Positions 9,300-17,665 of a stretch of 64,000 nucleotides of DNA are shown here, piece by piece. The first letter of the stretch is position 1, and every line of letters starts with the position of its first letter. The notes under the pieces are model-generated. The model was not told the origin of the DNA, did not search any database, and saw only the letters and a program-made list of their open reading frames with translations. Made by a program: the position numbers and the translations under genes. This DNA comes from a virus, in the IMG/VR virus record IMGVR_UViG_3300007539_004938, positions 1 to 64,000 of that record, one strand, 5' to 3'.

Positions 9300-10420
9300 G
9301 TTTTAACCATACTTTTTTGTATCTTGATAAAGTGTTTTAGATTGTGTTTTCTTATTTGTTTAGTCATACTATTCATTTCTGCAACACTATATTTTTGTTG
9401 TGCTTCATTTAATGCATCGATTGCACTAAACAATCGAGTGCTTTCATCTTCTGAATCATAGCTTTCGTTTATTATACACGAAAATGTTTTAAAGCCAAGT
9501 TTTTTTAGGTATTGAAGTGTATTTTTTGGACCTATTACTATAAATGCTTGTTTGCATACTATAGGTTTCCACATTTTTTCACTAAGGAATATATGATAAT
9601 GTTTTTGATGTACAGTATGATAATGAGTTTCAGTAACTATATTAAAAAAACAATCGTTATATATTCCTGGATTATAATCATGAGGTCTACAACCTGCTGA
9701 AAAATCCTCTGTATCGATATTTAAAGGTAGTTTTTTCCATAACTCTGTTTGTTGTGTTTTTAAAATCTGTTTATGTTTGTCTGAATAGTTATGACTATAA
9801 GGAAACAATAGTTGTTCAGGTGTAAGTTTGTTTGTATCTTTTTCATAATGATTATCTAAACAGCTTACCTTACCTATGTTAGGTCGTAACAAGTTTAAGT
9901 GATTTAGATAAGCAACAGTTTGCATACGATGCGCTCGAGGACGATTGTTTAAACAACAATATACATAGTCTTTTGTATAAGGTATATTATCTAATGGCTG
10001 ATCATAATAGTTGTCGTATACTCTATGATACCATTCGGGATAATAAAATACTTGAAATGTTTTTTTAAGTTTTTTTTCACGTAACCAACGATTATATTCA
10101 GCTTCTGCTTGATATAATCCTGTAGCAAAATATATTTTGTTTATACAATCGTATTTTTGTGTGCATTCATAAAGATCTGGAAAATATCTTAGTGCATATC
10201 CTTCTAAAACATCAGAAAACAATACATAAACATCTTTATTGTTTTTTGCTTCTTGTATTTTATCTTCACAGTTGAATATATTTGCAATAGGAACTATAAA
10301 AAAATATTTGCCACTAGGATTAGCTAACCACTCACTATATTTTTTGGTGTGTAAGTTAAACGGTTCAATGTATCTTGTGTGTTTTACATCGCAATAGTTT
10401 ATTTTATTATTTGTTTCCAA
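9290..10420 (-). CDS. Putative GT-B glycosyltransferase-like protein (GT10-like C-terminal motif)
   Basis: CLNNRPRAHR...FNIVTET...LSEKMWKPI...FIVIG...LKKLGFKTF...ESYD, resembling the (I/L)(T/S)EK donor-binding motif of GT10 fucosyltransferases. Paralogous to 11312..12373 and 15599..16930. Confidence 0.55.
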   Translation of the reverse strand: METNNKINYCDVKHTRYIEPFNLHTKKYSEWLANPSGKYFFIVPIANIFNCEDKIQEAKNNKDVYVLFSDVLEGYALRYFPDLYECTQKYDCINKIYFATGLYQAEAEYNRWLREKKLKKTFQVFYYPEWYHRVYDNYYDQPLDNIPYTKDYVYCCLNNRPRAHRMQTVAYLNHLNLLRPNIGKVSCLDNHYEKDTNKLTPEQLLFPYSHNYSDKHKQILKTQQTELWKKLPLNIDTEDFSAGCRPHDYNPGIYNDCFFNIVTETHYHTVHQKHYHIFLSEKMWKPIVCKQAFIVIGPKNTLQYLKKLGFKTFSCIINESYDSEDESTRLFSAIDALNEAQQKYSVAEMNSMTKQIRKHNLKHFIKIQKSMVKTCW

Positions 10421-11310
10421 TGGTGAATGGTCCTATCTATTCCTTCTTCATAGGTAATTTTAGGTGCCCATCCTGTAACTTCGGTGATTTTATTGTGGTT
10501 ACTGTTTAGCCACCAAATCTCTCCATGTCGTGGATCTTTTGTATCCCAGTTGATTTGTCCATTCCAATCAAGTTTTTCAGCAATATATTCTGCACAATGT
10601 CTAATTTTGCGGGGATCGTCTGGCCCAATAGTAAATATATTTCCTTTAACTTTATCGCCATTAGTAATAACTGCCATCCATGCATCAAGCAAATCTTCAA
10701 TATAGATAAAGTTTCTATAAGGTTCACTATAACCTAGGTTGCAAGTATCACCTTTAAGCATTTGACTAATAATCTGTTCAGTTACAAAAAAGTCGTTATC
10801 TTTACGACCATACGCATTTGTTTGTCTAAAACTTGCCCAGTTCAACCCGTATGCTCGTTCTGCATACTCTAAGTATTTTTCACAACCATATTTTGCAACT
10901 GCATATGGAGCATTAGGATGAGGAATAGTATTCTCATCAAATGCTACACTATTTACATATGTACCTGTTACTTCTACTTCGTCACTAATAGGTTGCCAAC
11001 CATAGACTTCCATTGTGCTTGCAAACACAAAGTACGGCATAGGATCAACTGCTCTACAGGCTTCAATAAGATTTACTGTTCCTACATAGTTTACTTCGCT
11101 GAAACTTACCTGTTCATAAAAACTTTTTTGCACTTCGGTTCTTGCAGCCAAGTGAACAACAATATCAGGTTTGATTTCTTTAACTTCTTGTTGTACACCT
11201 GTGTGATGTGTTAAATCACTTTTCAGTTCAAATACTTCACCTATTGTTTTAAGTCTTGGTAGTAAATGTTGTCCGATAAATCCGCTCGATCCTGTCAATA
11301 ATATTCTCAT
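10399..11310 (-). CDS. NAD-dependent NDP-sugar epimerase/dehydratase (extended SDR)
   Basis: TGSSGFIG, VVHLAA, FASTMEVYG, catalytic YAVAK, NAYG, RNFIYIED. Confidence 0.9.
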   Translation of the reverse strand: MRILLTGSSGFIGQHLLPRLKTIGEVFELKSDLTHHTGVQQEVKEIKPDIVVHLAARTEVQKSFYEQVSFSEVNYVGTVNLIEACRAVDPMPYFVFASTMEVYGWQPISDEVEVTGTYVNSVAFDENTIPHPNAPYAVAKYGCEKYLEYAERAYGLNWASFRQTNAYGRKDNDFFVTEQIISQMLKGDTCNLGYSEPYRNFIYIEDLLDAWMAVITNGDKVKGNIFTIGPDDPRKIRHCAEYIAEKLDWNGQINWDTKDPRHGEIWWLNSNHNKITEVTGWAPKITYEEGIDRTIHHWKQIIK

Positions 11311-11311
11311 G

Positions 11312-12373
11312 TTAACTTTTTAAAAACTCCATTAGTGGTTCATAACTATTTACACATTCCAAATAAGTTTGCAACTGTTTGTGAACATCTGTATTATTTT
11401 TACAAAAACTTTCAAAGCCTTCTGGAACAAACCGTTTAGTTTTTAAATGGTCTAAATAAACTTCAAAGTTATACTCAGCAATATCTTTAGTAACATTATA
11501 TAATTCGTGTTTATCTATCAAACAAAGATCACGTACTTGTTTTATAAACATATCACATCTTTTTTCATCGTGTATTTCTTTATCAAACTTATAATCAATA
11601 ATATTATCAAAAAGTTTAAATCCTATATTGTTTAAATACATATTAGAATATGGTGCTCCCCATATTAAAAAAGGCCGTTGATGGTATATTGCTTTATAAG
11701 TTTTTTCAGTTATAAACAAACAGTCTAAATTGCTTTCACTGATAACACTGAAAACACTATTAGCAAACTCATTAGGCGGTACAAATATATCACACATTCC
11801 GTTACTTTGATGAAACTTTTTGTCAAAATTAAGATTTTTTGGCTCCCAATATTTAAAATCCCATAAAGATTGGTAATCTTCATAATCAAACTCATGCCAA
11901 CTTATATAACCATAGTCAAATAAACCTTCACCATACAACTTGTCTATAAACATACTCCTCCACCAATGAGGTCTGCCGTTTAGGCTTACAAAATGTTTAT
12001 CAAGTTTTGTTGGATCAGGTTTGATAGGATATACACCATGCTTGTTTCTAAATGCAAGTCTATGTGCAAAATAATTCTCCCAATGTTTTATATCAAAATC
12101 AATGTGTTTATATCTAAAGTTTAAACGTTTATCAGTACATGCTCCATAGTAAGATGTAACTTTTATATTTTTTAGTTTTGCATACTCTAATGTTTTGTAA
12201 ACTGCCGACGAAGAGCCTCCTAAAAGAACAGGTTCCCATTCTTCAGGAGCAATAATAATAATTTCTTTTGTTTGTGGATTATCAATACATTTCATTACTT
12301 GTTCAGGTGTATTAGGTCCCCAAGCATAAAAAACATGTGTTCCATTATTTTGATGGTATTTTAACTCATACAT
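11312..12373 (-). CDS. Putative GT10-like glycosyltransferase (paralogue 2)
   Basis: SLNGRPHWWR...FSVISES...FITEKTYKAI...PFLIWG...IGFKLF. Start MYELK at 12373 avoids overlap with the divergent gene. Confidence 0.55.
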   Translation of the reverse strand: MYELKYHQNNGTHVFYAWGPNTPEQVMKCIDNPQTKEIIIIAPEEWEPVLLGGSSSAVYKTLEYAKLKNIKVTSYYGACTDKRLNFRYKHIDFDIKHWENYFAHRLAFRNKHGVYPIKPDPTKLDKHFVSLNGRPHWWRSMFIDKLYGEGLFDYGYISWHEFDYEDYQSLWDFKYWEPKNLNFDKKFHQSNGMCDIFVPPNEFANSVFSVISESNLDCLFITEKTYKAIYHQRPFLIWGAPYSNMYLNNIGFKLFDNIIDYKFDKEIHDEKRCDMFIKQVRDLCLIDKHELYNVTKDIAEYNFEVYLDHLKTKRFVPEGFESFCKNNTDVHKQLQTYLECVNSYEPLMEFLKS

Positions 12374-12386
12374 AAATATACTTATG
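12371..12386. promoter_or_regulatory. Bidirectional late-type promoter between two head-to-head start codons
   Basis: CATAAATATACTTATG is near-palindromic. + strand reads ATAAATA-5nt-ATG; - strand reads ATAAGTA-5nt-ATG. Resembles the T4 gp55 late promoter TATAAATA. Confidence 0.55.
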
Positions 12387-12986
12387 TTTGAAATAGTTAA
12401 TGAGTTTGAAAATGCGATTGCAGACTTTTTTGGAGCGCCGTGTGCAGTAAGCACAGACTGTTGTACTCATGCTATAGAGTTATGTTTACGGTATAAAAAA
12501 ATCAAAAAAACCACTGTTCCAAACCATACATACCTAAGTATTCCTTTAACTCTTAAAAAACTAGATATAAGTTTTAGTTTTAACAGAGAGCAATGGACTG
12601 AGTATTATAAACTATCAAACACTAATATTATTGATGCTGCTACACTTTGGAGGCAAAATAGTTATATTCCTGGCACACTTATGTGTATAAGTTTTCAATA
12701 CAAAAAACATTTAAGTTTAGGTAGAGCAGGCATGATATTATGCGATAATGTAGTAGATTGTGCGAACTTATTAAAAATGGGATATGACGGTAGACACAGA
12801 AATGCTCCTTGGCCTGAACAAAAAATAACTAGTATGGGATACCATTACTACTTAACTCCAGAAACTGCACAACTTGGGTTAGACAAACTGCCAGATGCTA
12901 TACAACGTACTCCAAAAATTTGGTCTTGGAAAGATTATCCTGATATATCAAATAACTATATCTTCAAGGATATACCTGTTTCTTGA
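12384..12986 (+). CDS. DegT/DnrJ/EryC1/StrS-family PLP aminotransferase, short (200 aa)
   Basis: FENAIADFFG...AVSTDCCTHAIELCL, IIDAA, SFQYKKHLSLGRAGMI (PLP-Lys motif), GYHYYLT...AQLGL. Confidence 0.8.
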   Translation: MFEIVNEFENAIADFFGAPCAVSTDCCTHAIELCLRYKKIKKTTVPNHTYLSIPLTLKKLDISFSFNREQWTEYYKLSNTNIIDAATLWRQNSYIPGTLMCISFQYKKHLSLGRAGMILCDNVVDCANLLKMGYDGRHRNAPWPEQKITSMGYHYYLTPETAQLGLDKLPDAIQRTPKIWSWKDYPDISNNYIFKDIPVS

Positions 12987-13757
12987 ATATTTTTTTAAAT
13001 CTTTGAAGTCAGATCTCAAATACAAGTTGTTATGTATATAATTATAAACTGGGTCAAGATTTGTTACTATATCATTTTCTATAACAAAATCTTCAATCAT
13101 GTTTGAAAATAAAGTAAATCTGTCAAGTGTTTTTTCTCTTATTTTCCATCCCAGTGACGGATAAATCCAATCTTTGACTTTTTGCATATGGCCTTTTATA
13201 TCAGGATGACTATCTTGTAATTTTCCAAACGGTAAGTTAGTTTCAAACATATGCCAACTGATTTCTGGAAGTTCTTTTTCATAAAAATGCTTTAACATGT
13301 CCCATTGTTCAGAATGATCAAAAAATATAGCTGCCTCATTTGTATAAGGTGTAAAGCTGTGTCCTTGCCATATAATATTATCTTTATACAGTTTATTTAC
13401 ATATATAATTGACGTCATATTTTTAACTAAATCGTTTTGCATACTCCAATGATTTGTTAGCCATGTTCTATTATTGTAAGGACTACCTGTGTTAAAAACA
13501 CTTCCATGAGCTTTCCACATTCCATTGTCAAATCTATCCTCACGACTAAAACTACTCCACAATATCATTATTTTATCGTCTGGTGTAAACTTGTGTTTTA
13601 TATCAGCTTCGAGTATTCTGTGTTGTATTCCTACATTACCTAAGCCTGCTAAACCAAAATTGTAAAGTTCTAACTCTTTATCATATGCAATAATGTTTGC
13701 CCATGTTGGCCACATGTAACTTGTAAAACTACAACCAAAAGTGAATAATCTACTCAT
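12948..13757 (-). CDS. SGNH/GDSL-like hydrolase or acyltransferase
   Basis: LFTFGCSFT (block I with GCS), NFGLAGLGN (block II), DSHP near the C-terminus. Confidence 0.55.
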   Translation of the reverse strand: MSRLFTFGCSFTSYMWPTWANIIAYDKELELYNFGLAGLGNVGIQHRILEADIKHKFTPDDKIMILWSSFSREDRFDNGMWKAHGSVFNTGSPYNNRTWLTNHWSMQNDLVKNMTSIIYVNKLYKDNIIWQGHSFTPYTNEAAIFFDHSEQWDMLKHFYEKELPEISWHMFETNLPFGKLQDSHPDIKGHMQKVKDWIYPSLGWKIREKTLDRFTLFSNMIEDFVIENDIVTNLDPVYNYIHNNLYLRSDFKDLKKYSRNRYILEDIVI

Positions 13758-13767
13758 ATAATGTCCT

Positions 13768-13773
13768 TAAATA
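13768..13773 (+). promoter_or_regulatory. Late-type promoter TAAATA, 4 nt before the amidinotransferase ATG
   Basis: TAAATATAGTATG; the same 13-mer precedes the gp25-like gene on the - strand. No Shine-Dalgarno. Confidence 0.5.
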
Positions 13774-13777
13774 TAGT

Positions 13778-14785
13778 ATGAATATTTATAGCTCAAATGA
13801 ATGGGATCCATTAAAGAAGGTTTTAGTTGGCGTTGCAGACTACTGCCGTATTCCTGAAATGGACAAAAGTCTACGTTGTATAAACTATGCAGATAGACAG
13901 GATGTAAGTGATGTAAAGGCTGGTCTATATCCTGATCAAGTTGTTGAAGAAAGCAACGAAGATTTAGATAAGTTTGTTGCTTTTCTCGAAGGCGAAGGCG
14001 TTGAAGTTGTTAGACCTAAACGTACACCTGATGTTGAATACTACAACTATTGTCCTCGTGATACTGTATTTGTTCATAAAAAAGGATTTCTTGCAACGCC
14101 GATGAGTTTGCGAGCAAGAAGGAGAGAGTTTCATCATATGCTACCCCACATTGGAGGCGTAGAACTAAGCCCTCAATATAATAATGACGACCTCTACGAT
14201 GAAACTTGTGTTGGCGATCCTGATCGACTAGCACTTACTGAAGTAGCGCCTTGCTTTGATGCTGCTAATGCTATTCGTGCAAATGATGACATTTTGTATC
14301 TAGTAAGTAATAGCGGAAACAAAGCAGGTGCTGCCTATTTAGATCAATGGCTCAATAAGCCTAGATATGATTTTCAAGAATGGGGTGATAAAAAAGTACA
14401 TACACTTGAAAATGTTTACAGTTATATGCACATTGATAGCACTATTGCATTTTTACGTGAAGGACTATTACTAGCTAATCCAAGTAGAATTAAAAGTAAA
14501 GATGTTTTGCCTGGTCCGTTCAAGGATTGGGATATTATTTGGGCGCCGGATCCTGTTGATGCAGGACATTATCCAGGGCTATGCAACAGTAGTATTTGGA
14601 CTTGGAATGTAAACTTGTTTAGTGTTAATCCTAATCTAGTTGTATTAGAAGAACATCAAGATCCTACACGTAAAGCACTAGAAGCACACGGTATTGAGTG
14701 TGCTATGTTGCCATTGCGTCACGCACGTACATTAGGCGGTTGTTTCCATTGCTGCACACTAGATCTTATGCGTGAAATCGGGTAA
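13778..14785 (+). CDS. Amidinotransferase (glycine / inosamine-phosphate amidinotransferase, StrB1-like)
   Basis: NEWDPLKKVLVG, CPRD, FDAAN, HIDST, GGCFHCCTLD: the Asp/His/Cys catalytic motifs of the pentein amidinotransferase family. Confidence 0.9.
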   Translation: MNIYSSNEWDPLKKVLVGVADYCRIPEMDKSLRCINYADRQDVSDVKAGLYPDQVVEESNEDLDKFVAFLEGEGVEVVRPKRTPDVEYYNYCPRDTVFVHKKGFLATPMSLRARRREFHHMLPHIGGVELSPQYNNDDLYDETCVGDPDRLALTEVAPCFDAANAIRANDDILYLVSNSGNKAGAAYLDQWLNKPRYDFQEWGDKKVHTLENVYSYMHIDSTIAFLREGLLLANPSRIKSKDVLPGPFKDWDIIWAPDPVDAGHYPGLCNSSIWTWNVNLFSVNPNLVVLEEHQDPTRKALEAHGIECAMLPLRHARTLGGCFHCCTLDLMREIG

Positions 14786-15547
14786 CGAAAGCAAGCCTTT
14801 TAACTTTTCTACAGTTTCTTGATGCCATTCTTTTCCGTCATGCATCATGTCTCTTGCTTTCATAGATCCATTTTTACATCTAATAACCCATAATCTATAT
14901 GGACTATTTAATATACGTTCATGATCCATTTCCCATGAAAAATTTAAAACAGGAACATTCATGCTTTTCCACAATAAGTTAAAATGATCAAACCATAATC
15001 TATTAGCAAAATGTAGCTCACCGTAGTCCATGATATATCTTTTTCTATACCAAGTTCCGTCTATATCTCTCGATTCTGCACGATCAGTGAACCGATAATC
15101 ATTGTTATTGTGATAGATAAAACTTTTGCGTGTATGTGCTGGCCATTGTACTATAACAATTTTAGGAATAGGAAAGTTATTTTTAATCCATTGTGATGCT
15201 TGATAGCACTGAATATCACAACCGGTACCTTGATTTGCTGCATTATACACATCGGTTTCTAAATATTTTGATATTTTCCAAGACCAAGTTTGATCGTGGT
15301 GTAATCCTACACCTTCGGTATAACTACATCCAAATGTTAAAACAAAATCATGAGACAAATCGGCAACCGATTTTGTTCTGTGTCCATATTCGTTAAATTT
15401 ATATTCAATATTTACACCAGCCCATTCCCAACTAGGATTTCGTTTACATTCTCTGTAATAATCGTCTTGTTCTCGTTGAGACATAAACTTCATAGTTTTG
15501 TTTATTCTTTCTGGATTAATAAGTAAACCGTTATCGTGTAACTCCAT
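14759..15547 (-). CDS. SGNH/GDSL-like protein (paralogue 2)
   Basis: VLTFGCSYTEG, YNAANQGTG, VIVQWP, RDMMHDG. Confidence 0.55.
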   Translation of the reverse strand: MELHDNGLLINPERINKTMKFMSQREQDDYYRECKRNPSWEWAGVNIEYKFNEYGHRTKSVADLSHDFVLTFGCSYTEGVGLHHDQTWSWKISKYLETDVYNAANQGTGCDIQCYQASQWIKNNFPIPKIVIVQWPAHTRKSFIYHNNNDYRFTDRAESRDIDGTWYRKRYIMDYGELHFANRLWFDHFNLLWKSMNVPVLNFSWEMDHERILNSPYRLWVIRCKNGSMKARDMMHDGKEWHQETVEKLKGLLSLPDFTHKI

Positions 15548-15557
15548 TTGATGTTCC

Positions 15558-15578
15558 TATAAATATCTAATATATTTA
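15558..15578. promoter_or_regulatory. Divergent late-type promoters
   Basis: Perfect TATAAATA on + at 15558-15565, upstream of AAGGA and the TTG start at 15599. TAAATA on - at 15573-15578, upstream of the start at 15547. Confidence 0.6.
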
Positions 15579-15598
15579 ATGTTAAAGGACTTTATATT

Positions 15599-16930
15599 TT
15601 GACAAACTGGTTTATGGGCATCTATTTTAGACCAAAAAATAATCTTTTACCCGAACTTATATCAGAAACAGGCACAAGAAGACCTATGACAGATATCAGT
15701 ACCATAGATCAACTTGTTGATTTAATCAGAGAATCTAATATTACTGATTCTACTCATCCTATTGCAGTGTTTAATGGCACTCATACTATAGATCATTTAG
15801 ATAGTTTATTGATTTCAGAACAACACAAAAAGATTTTGCAAGAAAAAACAATCGGATTTTATTTTTATGAACCTTTGACACATTACAAATATAATCCTAA
15901 TGGACATAAACAACCACACATTTTAAAAATAGATAACGCACCCGAAGAACTTAAAGACATTAGAGCATATGAACTAGATAGTCTAAACGAATGGGCAACT
16001 AAACACAATTTTAACAACGTAAATGTTTATTGTACAGATTACAAATGTTGGGAGTATTATCAACCTAAATATCCTAATATAAAACTACTATCTATGGACT
16101 TATTTGTAGAATGGTGGACATGTCATGTTAAGTTAAGAGATAGAAAAAACTTTATACAAAATCGAGAAGAAATGCCTCCGGAGTTTTTTCCTGAAAAAAT
16201 AGTAAAAAAGTTTTGGAGTGGAGCATGGAGATATGATCCAAGCAGACATTTTATCACAGCATTTTTAGCAGGCAAAAATATGCTAGATACAAATCATGTT
16301 AGTTTTTATTATGGCATGTCAAACGAGGATATGAAAAGAAGAATGTGGTTTCCTTGGAAAGAGTTTGAGTTACGACATCCTGCACTGTCTAATATTTTAC
16401 TCGAAGGTAATACAATTTTACAAGAAAAAGTTCCTTTAAGTTTTGCAGTTAACAATCCTGCTAAAAAAGGAGCAAATGATAGTATTGAGCCTGAGGATAG
16501 TGGCTTAAACGCAAGAACTACGCACGATCCAACAGATACCTATTTTGAAAGTTTTTGTGCTATTGTTCAAGAAAGCAGAGTTACACAACCGTGGCCTAAC
16601 ATTAGCGAAAAAACTCTAAACGCAATAAAAAGTTATAGACCGTTTTTACTTTGTGGAGCACCTGGTGTTTTACAAATGCTAAAAGACATGGGCTTTAAAA
16701 CATTTGACAAATACTGGCCAGAAGATTATGACGATATAATATCAAATAAAGATAGACTTGCACGTATTTGCGAAATAATAGAATACATTGATAGTTTTAC
16801 AATAGAAGAAATGAAACTAATGTATCAAGACATGGAAGAGATCCTTATACACAATCATAACAACATAAAGTCAATACCAAACTTTTATGTTAAAATAAAT
16901 GAACAACTAGGTGAAATAATCATTGAATAG
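15599..16930 (+). CDS. Putative GT10-like glycosyltransferase (paralogue 3), TTG start
   Basis: WRYDPSR...FCAIVQES...ISEKTLNAI...PFLLCG...LKDMGFKTF...EDYD. AAGGA Shine-Dalgarno upstream. Confidence 0.55.
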   Translation: MTNWFMGIYFRPKNNLLPELISETGTRRPMTDISTIDQLVDLIRESNITDSTHPIAVFNGTHTIDHLDSLLISEQHKKILQEKTIGFYFYEPLTHYKYNPNGHKQPHILKIDNAPEELKDIRAYELDSLNEWATKHNFNNVNVYCTDYKCWEYYQPKYPNIKLLSMDLFVEWWTCHVKLRDRKNFIQNREEMPPEFFPEKIVKKFWSGAWRYDPSRHFITAFLAGKNMLDTNHVSFYYGMSNEDMKRRMWFPWKEFELRHPALSNILLEGNTILQEKVPLSFAVNNPAKKGANDSIEPEDSGLNARTTHDPTDTYFESFCAIVQESRVTQPWPNISEKTLNAIKSYRPFLLCGAPGVLQMLKDMGFKTFDKYWPEDYDDIISNKDRLARICEIIEYIDSFTIEEMKLMYQDMEEILIHNHNNIKSIPNFYVKINEQLGEIIIE

Positions 16931-17665
16931 TTTATCTGCCCAATATTCGTGTGCATCTTCTTTATGATGCCAAAATTTTTGTCCAGATATATCAAAGCCT
17001 TTATCTTTACAATGTTCCCAAAAACTTTCTTCTGGGTTATCAAAGTTTTTAAACCTATTTCTATCTATTTTATTTCTGTAAAACTGATATCTACCTCCGT
17101 TTTTACATGCTTGAAATGCATTTGCAAAAATAAAGGGCGCTTCTATATTTTTGATAATAGTTTGTGTTTGTATAATATTTAAATATCTTTTTACATACCA
17201 ATGAGTACTACTGTAAAATAAATGTTTCCTTAATACCTTTTGATTATTATCAAACTTTTTTGGAAACAGTTTACTAGAATGATCATGATGTACATGTCCA
17301 GCCTGTTTATCTGGAACATAATCTACAAAATCGTATACATCATTTAAACTATCATCAGGTGTATCATAAAACATTTCTGTTCTATGTTCACCTGTCCAAT
17401 GTATTAAAAACAAGGTATTTTTTGCACGTCGAGGATTATCTAGTATATAAAATAAAGTTGTTCTAGCTATGTAATCATTACTAGCACCAGGTACACTTAA
17501 ATCTGTTTTATCTACACCTAATCTATTTGCTAGTTTAGCACCAAAAGATCGTTTTCTGTTTTCAGGATGGTCTCCTAATCCACTTCTAAAAATTTCACTT
17601 CCGGCTGCATGACTACAACCATTGATTAATATGTTTGTAAATTTGTAGTCAGACAAACTGGCCAT
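16907..17665 (-). CDS. SGNH/GDSL-like protein (paralogue 3)
   Basis: ILINGCSHAAG, DLSVPGASN, LIHWT, FWHHKEDAH. Confidence 0.5.
   Translation of the reverse strand: MASLSDYKFTNILINGCSHAAGSEIFRSGLGDHPENRKRSFGAKLANRLGVDKTDLSVPGASNDYIARTTLFYILDNPRRAKNTLFLIHWTGEHRTEMFYDTPDDSLNDVYDFVDYVPDKQAGHVHHDHSSKLFPKKFDNNQKVLRKHLFYSSTHWYVKRYLNIIQTQTIIKNIEAPFIFANAFQACKNGGRYQFYRNKIDRNRFKNFDNPEESFWEHCKDKGFDISGQKFWHHKEDAHEYWADKLFNDYFT

Noticed and set aside
5977-10455. Possible AGCT depletion alongside AATT
   Set aside because: About six sites found by hand in this interval; only a mild deficit that needs a computed test.
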